Of a stretch of 64,000 nt of DNA, positions 45,101 through 54,200 are shown one piece after another; position 1 is the stretch's first letter, and each line of letters begins with the position of its first letter. A program made the translations under genes and the position numbers. Origin of the DNA: an uncultured Porphyromonadaceae bacterium (GTDB lineage: Bacteria; Bacteroidota; Bacteroidia; Bacteroidales; Muribaculaceae); NCBI GenBank assembly GCA_900547825.1, contig URII01000004.1:5416-69415 (forward strand). Direction: 5' to 3'. The notes under the pieces were generated by a model. That model was not told where the DNA came from and made no database searches. It saw only the letters and a program-made list of their open reading frames with translations.

Positions 45101-46497
45101 GCGCTTACGGTGTAATACACATATGCCATGCCCTCTGGTATGGATGTATCCGTAAACGATGTAGCTCCCAGATTCTCAGCCACTTTCACATTGTCGGGCA
45201 TACGCACCACGGTATACTTCAGGCGGTCGGGATACACAGCGCCTCCGTTCACACCACGGTCAGGAGCGGTCCATGTGATACTGGCCTTTCCGTCAGCAAC
45301 AGTCAGGGTGACGTCAGAAGGCTTCACGGGCACATCCTCACCGCCCCACACATCAAGAGTCACAGGCTGCCCGCGAAGCGACTCGGTGCAGGCCGTAAGC
45401 TTCAGCGTATTGGCACCCTGGGAGAATGTAAGCCGGGGCGACACAGCCTCACTTCCGGGGGCAACGTTGTCAATCAACGTCTCCGCTCCATTCACCGACA
45501 CTATCACCATCAGCGAACCGGTGAGCGGGGCTCCTCCGGCAGTGACAACAGGGGCTGTAAATCTCACAGATCCTTTAAGAGGATCCGACGGATCAAATTC
45601 CACCTTAGCGCCTGTAACTGCATCAGGGGCTTCGGGATCCACAGTGTCGTCCATCATATGAAGACCCGCAAAACAGGCCGTGCCCTCAAACTGCATTACC
45701 TCGGTGACTTCACCGGTATGCGGATTGATGGTATAAAGACCTGACCACCGGCGCTTGTTTGCGCCATAGCCATCCTCCTGAACCACAGCGGCTATCAGGC
45801 GGTCGTTGGCCTCGTCGTAACACATAGAGCTGACCTGCACCGGCACAAGACTCACAAAAGGCGAAAGGCCGGAAGTCTTGATACGGTTTACCTCACCTGT
45901 GCGCGGATCTATCGTCGCCACGTAGTCAAACGCTCCGTAAAGCGCATAAAGTTTACCGGTGCCGTCGGCCGCAATAGCGAAAATGTCGCGTTCGAGAAGC
46001 TTTATCTGAGTGGCCTCGGCGGTAGACAGATTCAGGTAGCCGAAGCGGCTGAACTCATTATAATCCGAATAAAAGAATGCTCCGTAGACACGTCCGGTAA
46101 CCGGGTCGTAAGTCAGATCAGAGGGAAGATTCACATCGTCGGTTTCCTGACGGGTGCCGACAGTGGCCCATGTGGAAGCTGAATACTGCCGGTAGAACAC
46201 CCCGGTGCCATCCATTTCCATACAGTACATCACATTGTCCTTCTTGACTCCGGCCACTACGGACGACATCGATTCAACCCGCTTGAGGCATTTCACAGCT
46301 CCTCCCTGACGCACTTCGATAGAATAAACTCCGGCATCCTTATCGATGGAACCTTCCCAGCGGCTGTCGTAGACTTTCAGACCGCACACCTTCGTGGCCG
46401 GAGGCGGCGGAGTGCCGACGCCCGCCATAAACGGCGCGGCGCCCAGCACAGCCAGAAGGGTTATTGAAAGCGATTTAATTCTGAAATTACATTTCAT
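42103..46497 (-). CDS. Giant secreted multidomain protein (beta-propeller-like N-terminus, choice-of-anchor J modules, Fn3, MAM-like, CARDB-like, T9SS tail)
   Basis: 1464 aa with a signal peptide. DDWLFSPAV and NDWLISPRL modules. YDLAVSAFSVP... is CARDB-like. Tail ...GVYVVTCASGAVKVIVP. Collinear paralogue of the next gene and of 705-3854. Confidence 0.85.
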   Translation of the reverse strand: MKCNFRIKSLSITLLAVLGAAPFMAGVGTPPPPATKVCGLKVYDSRWEGSIDKDAGVYSIEVRQGGAVKCLKRVESMSSVVAGVKKDNVMYCMEMDGTGVFYRQYSASTWATVGTRQETDDVNLPSDLTYDPVTGRVYGAFFYSDYNEFSRFGYLNLSTAEATQIKLLERDIFAIAADGTGKLYALYGAFDYVATIDPRTGEVNRIKTSGLSPFVSLVPVQVSSMCYDEANDRLIAAVVQEDGYGANKRRWSGLYTINPHTGEVTEVMQFEGTACFAGLHMMDDTVDPEAPDAVTGAKVEFDPSDPLKGSVRFTAPVVTAGGAPLTGSLMVIVSVNGAETLIDNVAPGSEAVSPRLTFSQGANTLKLTACTESLRGQPVTLDVWGGEDVPVKPSDVTLTVADGKASITWTAPDRGVNGGAVYPDRLKYTVVRMPDNVKVAENLGATSFTDTSIPEGMAYVYYTVSATSAAGTGEAAVSAKSLVSGALQVPFTETFDTADAFDIWTVDNVNGGATWKWYSSSQFSCASYQYDPDKLAADDWLFSPAVELHAGVTYKVTYDWRVYSKTYDESFRVMLGNAPSPAAMNVALGDHPGVKNTSWENGQATFTVESDGLYYLGVQCYSDAYKWHLYVDNIGISALDSRVPAAVTEIAATPGSGGVLEATLSFTLPEKDVEGADLVSITSVVIRRSGADAAVAELTDGLTPGVTMSWTDTSVPESGSYTYTVTVANEVGESAAATVRTFVGTDAPGAVRNLSVTETDGHAVLTWEAPESGANGGWFDASALTYRIVRGDGTVVAESHSGLAFTDTGFAVPSSGQTAQWWLVTPYCGDTKGAYAQSQLTLFGSPYPAPLAESFAGADMAYYPWIAQSATALNYSWTLDEMGYNPSVSDQNGDRGLATFHSVGEPVGAVSYFYSPKISLAGLDNPMLSFWLYHAEGEGDGSVSLLLAAGSDEFNAVGEPIARTSATGWKRYSVSLAQWKDSDWIRIGFAGTVDGVADIYLDNVTVDNGVMYDLAVSAFSVPSRIAAGEKAEVSVTVLNAGAEAAEGAVLTVADASGGELAAMDVETLASGAELRVPLEFDLPAEPVVLNLTASVTLRDDSNPANDSRQVVVNVVEPVVPGVTGLEATVNDEAVVLTWQDPSRQGAVTDDVESYPDWAIDGIGEWSMWDGDYDLTHYINKDLGEYPNATARKAFQVCNARTLGIDIWPEGEPHSGDRMFMALASMNYVNNDWLISPRLNGSEQWISFFARSFTLQDTPAERMRVLYSLTDADPAAFTAIGSSDYVELPGQWQEYRYYLPEGARYFAVNCVSDGSFAMFVDDLSFNDMSVPRWELTGYEVWCGGELIGTSGADDPSFTDTEFASRGAKPQYAVKAVYDKGVSALCEPVVPVWSGIGLTGSEALRVSAIKGAVVVDSPADADIRVVTPSGVVAAGVRVPAGHTSISVAPGVYVVTCASGAVKVIVP

Positions 46498-46507
46498 GTC
46501 AAACTGT

Positions 46508-49500
46508 TTATTTTACCGCAACCTTGACAACAGAGCGTCCGGCAGCAACCAGATATATGCCACAAGGCATATCCACTCGGTAGCTGTCCGAGCCATGACC
46601 GCGGTAAAGCATACGGCCTGTCGCATCTGTTATAGCCACGGCGTCATTAATACCCACACCGTCGATCATAACCGTATGGCCGGATACCCGTACCGATGGC
46701 CCGTTGTCAGTAACATTGTCCATGCCTACATTTCCTATCACGGCAGTATAGACATTGCTTGCACCGCTCTCACGCGATCCGTAGAGGGCTGTCACCTTAT
46801 AGTCGTAGCTTCCGTCGGCAAGACCTGAGTCAGTCCAGCCGGTTGCTGTGGCAGGCAGATCGGCCACAGCCACACCGTTACGGTAAACCCGGTAGCCGGT
46901 ATGCTGGAGGTTGCCCATAGGCGCGCGTGCCACATAGCTCATATCGTCGAGATAGAAAATGTAATGGTCGTCACTCACGTAATGCACTGCAAAATAGCGA
47001 GCGGAGGCAGGAAGCGTGTATTCGTAGAGAGTCCATGCCACAGGAGCCTCCACAACACCTGAAAGCGAACGGAACGATGCCGGATCGGTATCGATAGTCG
47101 AATACATCACCTCGAACTGTTCAAGCCCGTAAAGCTCAAAGTCGGCAAACGCAGTCTTGGCATAGAAACTTACTTTAGTTCCGCCGTGAACTTCAGGAGA
47201 TATGAACCAGTCGTCATTAGCCGTTCCATAGCTCTGGAAACCGGCCAGAAGTTGCTGTCCGGTGCGCGGACGCCATTCCTCAAGCATGGTTATACCGAGC
47301 ACTCCGGGGTTGAACACCATAAATGCCATAGGTTCGTTGGCATTTTCAAAATATATGTCCTGAAAGCCGTAGGTAACGGCGCCGTCACCGTCGACAAGAG
47401 TGTAATCACCGAAGCCGTCGATGGAGAATGCAGGATAATCCTCAAACCCTTCGGCCACACGCAAAGCATCAGGAGAGCCCCACGACAATGTCACCTTGTT
47501 GTCAACCGCTATTCCGGAAAGCTCGCGCACTTCAGGAGCGTCAGGAGCAGCCACAACAGTCTCTATCGTCTCGGATATATTGTTGGCGGGAACCTTGTCG
47601 GACGAAAGATCTATCACAGCCTCGACAGCCCATGAATCACCTGCCGAAGTAGCCGGTACGGTGAATTCAACAGTGCCGTACTTGCCGGGCTGTAATGCCG
47701 GGCCGTCCTGAACGGCAACCTGCGAGCCGTTGACATTGAGTTTCACTTTATAAGCATTCTCAGCGAAAGCACCGTTATTGTAAACCGTAGCCTTATACTT
47801 CGCGGTCTTGCCCTCCTTGACGGTGGCAGGGCCAGTAAAGGCATACATGGCGAGGTCATGCTCTATCTTGTTGGTGACCGTGATATGGTCTATGTTGACA
47901 TCCTGCCCGTAATCAGCTATTCCGTGGAACGAAAGGCGGATGTAAGGCTGCGCCTTGTAAGCCGAAAGATCATATACATAGGCATACCATCCAGGATAAA
48001 CCGACTCATCATCCACAAATATAGCTTCGTCAAGAGCCACAAAATCGCCCGAAGGCAACATCACTTCCGGTATCATACGGTCCTGATACGGATCATCGCC
48101 ATACTGGCTGTTGTTGGAAGACGAATGGTAGAAATAGAAGGTAAGCTGAGGTATGTCAAACTCGGCGAGATTGAGTTTGGGCGACACAAGACGTCCGGCA
48201 TCGCCTATGAATCCGGAAGTACATTCGAATGTGGCGAGACCGCCGTCGTTGTCGACAGGCGCGCACACAGGATTGGTGCCCTGCGAATAAAGATTCCAGA
48301 GCTGCGAGCGGCCCTTTACAAGATACATGGTCCAGGGATCATTCTGTACAGCGCGGTCGGCGAATCCTTCGGTAAACTCACCCTTATACGGATCGCCGAA
48401 TATTATATGGTTGCTAAGCGCATATGCACCTATGCCTGCGGCAGAAACCGGTTCGATCTGATAATAGATGAAATGCTGTTTTGCAGTGCCGTCAAGGGTA
48501 TTGTCAGTAAATTCCGTTCCGGTGGCCTTGTTGCTTACCATCACATTATCGGAGCGGATTATACGGTAAACCAGTTCGGAGGGATTGACATAACCGCCGT
48601 TCTGACCGGTGGCTGGAGCCTCCCAGCGCAGCACCGGATGGCCGTCCTCCTCCATAAGCACTACATCGGTAGCCGCCACGGGCAGGTCATAGCCCACATA
48701 CACAGTCACTTCGGCTTTCTCTCCGGCACCTGATGAGTTGAACGCCACAACACGGTAGGTATTGAACCCTGTAACGGCATCCTCGTCGGTCCACGAAAGC
48801 TGTGCGCCGGGTGCGGGAGTGTCAAACACATGGATGGCGTCGCGGGCATTGCCACGGTAAACCTCTATGCGGTCAATAGCCGGAAGCGTGACACCGGCGG
48901 CATTGACAGCAGGAGCGGTAAACGAGATAGTGGCCTGTTCGGCTCCTGCCGCACCAGCCACAGCCTGCAGACCTGTCACGGCTGCAGGGGCTCCATTGTC
49001 GGGAACCTCGTCTATCGTCACGTCATCGATGAAAAGATAGTAGCGCTTCTTGGGAGAAGTCATATGGAAGCCCACATAATAGTTGCCGGAGGCCGTGGCT
49101 GTGAACTCCTCTACGAACTGTTTGACTGTCTTATCATTATAATCGGAATATGTTTTTATTACCTGCTGCGACACGGCATTGTTGACAGCACCGTGGGTCA
49201 AGGAAACTGTTTCTTTCTCGCCACGGGTCCACATAGTAAATGTAACACGGTATTTCTTGCCCTGCTCGGCTGTGAACGGAGGCATTATCAGCCAGTCGTC
49301 AGCGGCGTTTTCAGGAGAATATCCGTAAACGGCACAGTTGGCGGGCGTTTTGTCGGGTGTTTCCTGTCCGGCCACTGCGGGGAATTCTGGCGAATACATC
49401 CATCCGCCCCAGTGATATTCAATGTCGAAATCCTCGTTGGCGTCTATAACAGTGCACAGGTCAAAATCAGCTTTTGTCTCGAAATTGAATGTGACAGGAA

Positions 49501-51127
49501 GAGCCGATCCGGCACCTACCGTTACCTCGGCGGTCGAAGCCTCGGCGCCACGACGGTCACCGCAATAGGGAACCACGGTGTAATATACATTCTGCACATC
49601 GAAAGTGCCGGGGTCCGCAACTGACGTGGCCGAAGTGCGTGAAGCCACCATATCGCCGGAGGGCATACGGATCACATCATAGGCCAATGTGGCGGGATCC
49701 ACATAGCCGTCGTTAATACCTTTCACAGGCGCTGTCCATGAAATCGTTGCACCTCCGTCGGCAGTAGTAACGGCAAGATCACCCACGGCAGCAGGCGCAT
49801 CCGTGCCTACAAACCACGACATAGCCACACGCGGGCCTGATCCGGCGCCGTTCGACGGTGTAACCGCAAAGTTATGGAGCCCTTCGGCAAGAGTGACATC
49901 AACAGACTGTACGGAACCTGCCTGAGCTGTTATATCGCGCAGTTTCTGCCCGTCGATCTCTATCTTTACGGAAATATCTCCGCTAAGGGATGTACCTGAA
50001 TAAGTGACAGATGGCACTGTAAACCTGATTTTACCCGACAGCGAGGATCCGGCAAAATCCGTGGTCAGCTCTGTAGCGGCAGCAGGCGCAGCGGCATTGA
50101 CTTCGGGTTCAAGGATGTATATACCTGTAAATTCCTCATTGTTGGTGAAATCAGCAATCTTTGAGGCCGCGCCGGTGGTGGTATTCACCTGATAGAGACC
50201 CGAACGGCCGGTAATCTCCATTGCAGCCCAATACAGTTTGTCGGTAACAGGATCGAAAGTTGCCGACTGCACATATTCGGGATTAAGTCCGGTAAGACCT
50301 ATCGGCGTGCATGAGGCAGATTCTTTGTTGATGCGGTAAAGGGTCGACTCCGTGCCTTTCGATATACCGTAAAGCTCACCGGCCCGGTTGGCCGCAATGG
50401 CAATCAGCGAGGGGGTCTCGGCAATAGGAGTCACCATGCCTGTATAAGTGTCAAGTGTGCCTACTGCCGGAACAAATTTCTCGAGAATCCCCTCCACCAC
50501 TGTTTTCTTTATATAGCATATAACATACACAGTGCCTGTGGTGGGATCGTAGGTCATATCATGAGTGATCTGCGACTGGTCGAAGGTTTCCTGTATGAAC
50601 GAATGGGTGATCCGGCTCCATTGCTTCGTGGCGAAATCATATGTCATGAAGGTCGAGAACGTATAACCCATTTCAGGAGTGTACACATATGAATTATAGT
50701 AATACTTGCCGTCGCCATAAGTACCTCCGCCGTTGGCCTCATAGCTCTGCACAGGGACTTCAAGCACAGGGGTTATGACAGATGAGGCAGTGAACGAATA
50801 TATACCGTAATTGCCGGTGCTTCCCGCCCATGCGTCACTGTATATAAGCGAGCCGTGCAGAGTGGTGCCGTCACCGGGTATGCGCGAGGGGGCAGGAGCA
50901 TCAAGTCTTGCCGGATTCCAGCTGAAAAGCGAAGGCCGGACAGTTTCATGCCGTGCCATTGTGGGAGCTGTCAGGGGCTTCACACCCGCATTGGTTTTGG
51001 TAGGAGGGGCCGGCTGCTCCACCCGCGTACGTTGTCGGACAGGGCTATAATCCGTAGACCGCACTTGTGCTGTTATCGAACCGATTAGGGCCATAGCAGC
51101 CATTACTGTGATAAATCTGTGTTTCAT
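46508..51127 (-). CDS. Giant secreted multidomain protein, paralogue of 42103-46497
   Basis: I moved the start to ATG 51125-51127, which gives MKHRFITVMAAMALIGSITAQ (about 1539 aa). DDWLIMPPF and DDWFISPEV modules. HDLAMYAFTGP... is CARDB-like. Tail ...GIYLVAAGRSVVKVAVK. 10-nt gap to the downstream gene. Confidence 0.85.
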   Translation of the reverse strand: MKHRFITVMAAMALIGSITAQVRSTDYSPVRQRTRVEQPAPPTKTNAGVKPLTAPTMARHETVRPSLFSWNPARLDAPAPSRIPGDGTTLHGSLIYSDAWAGSTGNYGIYSFTASSVITPVLEVPVQSYEANGGGTYGDGKYYYNSYVYTPEMGYTFSTFMTYDFATKQWSRITHSFIQETFDQSQITHDMTYDPTTGTVYVICYIKKTVVEGILEKFVPAVGTLDTYTGMVTPIAETPSLIAIAANRAGELYGISKGTESTLYRINKESASCTPIGLTGLNPEYVQSATFDPVTDKLYWAAMEITGRSGLYQVNTTTGAASKIADFTNNEEFTGIYILEPEVNAAAPAAATELTTDFAGSSLSGKIRFTVPSVTYSGTSLSGDISVKIEIDGQKLRDITAQAGSVQSVDVTLAEGLHNFAVTPSNGAGSGPRVAMSWFVGTDAPAAVGDLAVTTADGGATISWTAPVKGINDGYVDPATLAYDVIRMPSGDMVASRTSATSVADPGTFDVQNVYYTVVPYCGDRRGAEASTAEVTVGAGSALPVTFNFETKADFDLCTVIDANEDFDIEYHWGGWMYSPEFPAVAGQETPDKTPANCAVYGYSPENAADDWLIMPPFTAEQGKKYRVTFTMWTRGEKETVSLTHGAVNNAVSQQVIKTYSDYNDKTVKQFVEEFTATASGNYYVGFHMTSPKKRYYLFIDDVTIDEVPDNGAPAAVTGLQAVAGAAGAEQATISFTAPAVNAAGVTLPAIDRIEVYRGNARDAIHVFDTPAPGAQLSWTDEDAVTGFNTYRVVAFNSSGAGEKAEVTVYVGYDLPVAATDVVLMEEDGHPVLRWEAPATGQNGGYVNPSELVYRIIRSDNVMVSNKATGTEFTDNTLDGTAKQHFIYYQIEPVSAAGIGAYALSNHIIFGDPYKGEFTEGFADRAVQNDPWTMYLVKGRSQLWNLYSQGTNPVCAPVDNDGGLATFECTSGFIGDAGRLVSPKLNLAEFDIPQLTFYFYHSSSNNSQYGDDPYQDRMIPEVMLPSGDFVALDEAIFVDDESVYPGWYAYVYDLSAYKAQPYIRLSFHGIADYGQDVNIDHITVTNKIEHDLAMYAFTGPATVKEGKTAKYKATVYNNGAFAENAYKVKLNVNGSQVAVQDGPALQPGKYGTVEFTVPATSAGDSWAVEAVIDLSSDKVPANNISETIETVVAAPDAPEVRELSGIAVDNKVTLSWGSPDALRVAEGFEDYPAFSIDGFGDYTLVDGDGAVTYGFQDIYFENANEPMAFMVFNPGVLGITMLEEWRPRTGQQLLAGFQSYGTANDDWFISPEVHGGTKVSFYAKTAFADFELYGLEQFEVMYSTIDTDPASFRSLSGVVEAPVAWTLYEYTLPASARYFAVHYVSDDHYIFYLDDMSYVARAPMGNLQHTGYRVYRNGVAVADLPATATGWTDSGLADGSYDYKVTALYGSRESGASNVYTAVIGNVGMDNVTDNGPSVRVSGHTVMIDGVGINDAVAITDATGRMLYRGHGSDSYRVDMPCGIYLVAAGRSVVKVAVK

Positions 51128-51175
51128 TGTATTTTGTTTATGAGTGGATAAATATCTCGTTATTATCAGAGTGTA

Positions 51176-51215
51176 AAGACCGGCCGCCCTGAACATTCAG
51201 CGGCCAGCCGGTCTT
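51176..51215. terminator. Long imperfect hairpin between the second and third giant genes
   Basis: Outer 9-bp stem AAGACCGGC / GCCGGTCTT plus an inner CTGAA/TTCAG stem. The T-run is on the plus-strand side only, so its terminator function for the minus-strand genes is uncertain. Confidence 0.35.
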
Positions 51216-51252
51216 TTATTCATATGTCATGGAGCCTATGCTCCACCCATGG

Positions 51253-54200
51253 TCATTTAACGACTTTCAATGTGTGGACCTTCCCGTCAAGGGTGAATCT
51301 CACAACATAGACGCCTTTCACGAGGCCGTCAAGCGATATGTAGCCTTCGGCTTTGTCAGATGCAAACATCACTTTACCTGATATGTCGGCTATCATCACC
51401 CCGGTGGCCACTCCGTCGAAAGTCAGCGCTCCGGAAGTTCTGTCGAAACCTATACCGTCGGCCAGGATGTTGTCAATACCCACAGTAGATATGTATATGC
51501 CGAAACTGTTCACGGTCACGGCTCCCTGACTGCGGGCATGGAGTCCGAAATTGAGAGCGCCGGCCGGCACATTCACCACAGTTTCCTCACCAGGTTCGGT
51601 ATCATCGGCCTGTACATCGAGTTCTGCAGGATCCACAGCTTTTATATATATCACGTCATTCTGCTTGCTGTTGATGTTGACTGCATCAGCCAGCACGGAT
51701 ACTGTAGCTATTTTCTGCATTCCCTCATATCCTGAAGTTGTTGAATAGCATACATCGAACTCATAAGGAGCAAAGTCCGTATTGCCGTATCCAAGGAACT
51801 CGCTTAACTTGATTTCATAAGTCTTGCCCAACTCCAGTTCCACTTTAGGTGAGACTGCCCAATCATCGGGAGCGGCTGAGGTCTTGGTGATCTTGAGTCC
51901 GGTGCCAAAAACCTCCCATGTGATATCACCATAAGGATAATACGACTGTTTATCACCGTCCACATTATATACACTCCACGTGGAGAATCCGTTGTCGGCC
52001 ACTTCATAGGGCACTTGCAGGCCGCCGCCTATCCATTCCGAAACCACCTCCGGAGCAGCATCAGCCGATTTGCCTCCTTCCGAGTATATCTCAACACGAT
52101 AGGTGTGGCAACCTGGTTCAGCCACTGAGTTGTCAACATATGTGGAAAGCTCGCCGGGAACAAGATTCTCATAGATGGAATCTATCTTCTCACCATTCCT
52201 GAATATGAGGGCATGGCTCAAGTCGGGAGTAACCCCGGGCACATTTGAAGTTGTAGGATTGCGCCATGTTACCGTAGCCGAAAGCACATAATCGGGAGCA
52301 GGCGTAACAGCGAGTTCCGACACAACATCGGGAACAAGTGTCAGGCGGTCAATAGTAACGCCATCAAGTGTCAATTGGTAGGAGGCATATGACAGTGAGG
52401 GCTGCGGAGTATCCATACCCCAGGCAATCTGATATGTGCCGGCCTCATCAATTTTGAAGGCATAATCGGTGCTTGTTGAAGGATCGGATGTGGAATAGCT
52501 TGCACCGGGCTGCTTCTCCTCAAACTGAAGAAAAGTGATGCGGTCAGCGCTGTAAGCCCCGGCCTCAAGGACACCGACCTTATATGTGAGTTTCTGGTTC
52601 GATGTGCCACCTTTCATAAAGAAGTTGACATGATAATAACCCGATTCGAGAACAACCTCGGGCGATATGATCCAGTCGTTGTAACGGCGCTCTCCTTCCA
52701 CAGCGTCAGGCTGTGCGCATACGGCTGTTTCCGAAGCTGAACTTATAGCCCATGTCTTTCCATCGCCATTGGCATCCACAACATCCCATATCGCTACCGA
52801 CGGATCATTATCCTTGAATGTGGTGAAATATGGCAATGCCACCGTTTTCGGGCCGATCCATGTCGATGTCACCGACACTGCACCAGCTGTGGTTCCGGCT
52901 GTAGTTTCTGTAATGACATTAAATGTATATACCCCTGCCTCAAGCACTTCGGCAGTATACTCGGCTGTTCCGCCGGGAAGAGTGGCCAATACCTCGCCAT
53001 CACATTCCACTTTTATACGGTAATCCCCGGCTGCGATCGGATCGCCGGTGGTGGATTCAACAGGACAAGTCCATGTCAGAGTTGCCGTCAGAGCTTTTCC
53101 GGGATCCGGAGTAACGCTGAGTTCAGTCACCTTGGCGGGTGTCATTTCTGTAGCTTTAAGATTGAAATCCTTTATGCTGTAAGAGAACGACGATGGAGCC
53201 TTGCCATGTGTTCGGAATGCGAAATAATAGGTGCCGGGTTCCTGAACCTTGAAGTCTACGGAAACCACATCTGTGTTGGTGTTGGTAAGAGGAAGGCTCT
53301 CATTCAAGCATGTTACCATTCCCTCTATGGAACATTCCGTACCTTGCCATAATTCAAGTTTGGGCTGTGCCGTGGCGCTGCTCACATAGGCATTAGTGGA
53401 TATATTGTAATATCCGGCTTCCGCAATCACAATGGGAGGCGAAATAAGCCAAAAGTCCTCCTGTTTGTTGCTCGTGCCGTAATAATAGGCATATCCTCCC
53501 AGAGAGTTCGACTGCCATTTCCAGCGGTCAGTGGTCGATTCCTGTGCCTCACCTTTTATGGCAGTCCAGAAATCGTCGTAATCCGTCTGTTTGGCAAATG
53601 TAAGGGCTACAGGAAGCGTAAACGGCTCTATCGGACCGATATATTTGCCGGGATCGCAAGTAACCTTTTCGGACTTCACACCGGCCACTTTCACATCGAT
53701 GGCATAAGTATGGAACCCGGGGGTGAGACCCAGAGCCTCGGTATCGTCATATGTAGTCAGAGTTTCGGTGAGTGTCACGAAAGGTGTCTCGGAATCATCG
53801 CGGTAAAGATTGATCTCTTCAATAGTCTGCTCTTCAGTAAAAGGTGTGCCGAGAGTGCTTTGCGTGGGATTTACCCAGTTAAGGGTTACCTTGAGTTCAC
53901 GGTTCGGTGCAACAATAGCATTGAAACTTGAAGGCTTGGCCGGATAGAACACATTTTCAGTGATCATGAAGTCCGTAAGATACAGATTATACATGTTTTG
54001 ATCCGAATAACACCAGAATCCTACATGGTAAACTCCCGATTCCGCAGGAGTGAATGTGTCGGAATGCGGGGTCATGAAACCATTGGATTTATCAGCAAAC
54101 TCAAACAGGGGTTCCGTGGCCTTGAAATTTTCAGGCGTAGGCTCCCCCTTGGCTATATAGGTGTTGAATTTCTCTATATAGTTATGGGTCTGATATTTAT

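Noticed and set aside
51128-51196. The longer start of the second giant gene (MFRAAGLYTLIITRYLSTHKQNT...).
   Set aside because: The extension precedes a normal signal peptide (MKHRFITVMAAMALIGSITAQ), so the internal ATG at 51127 is preferred.
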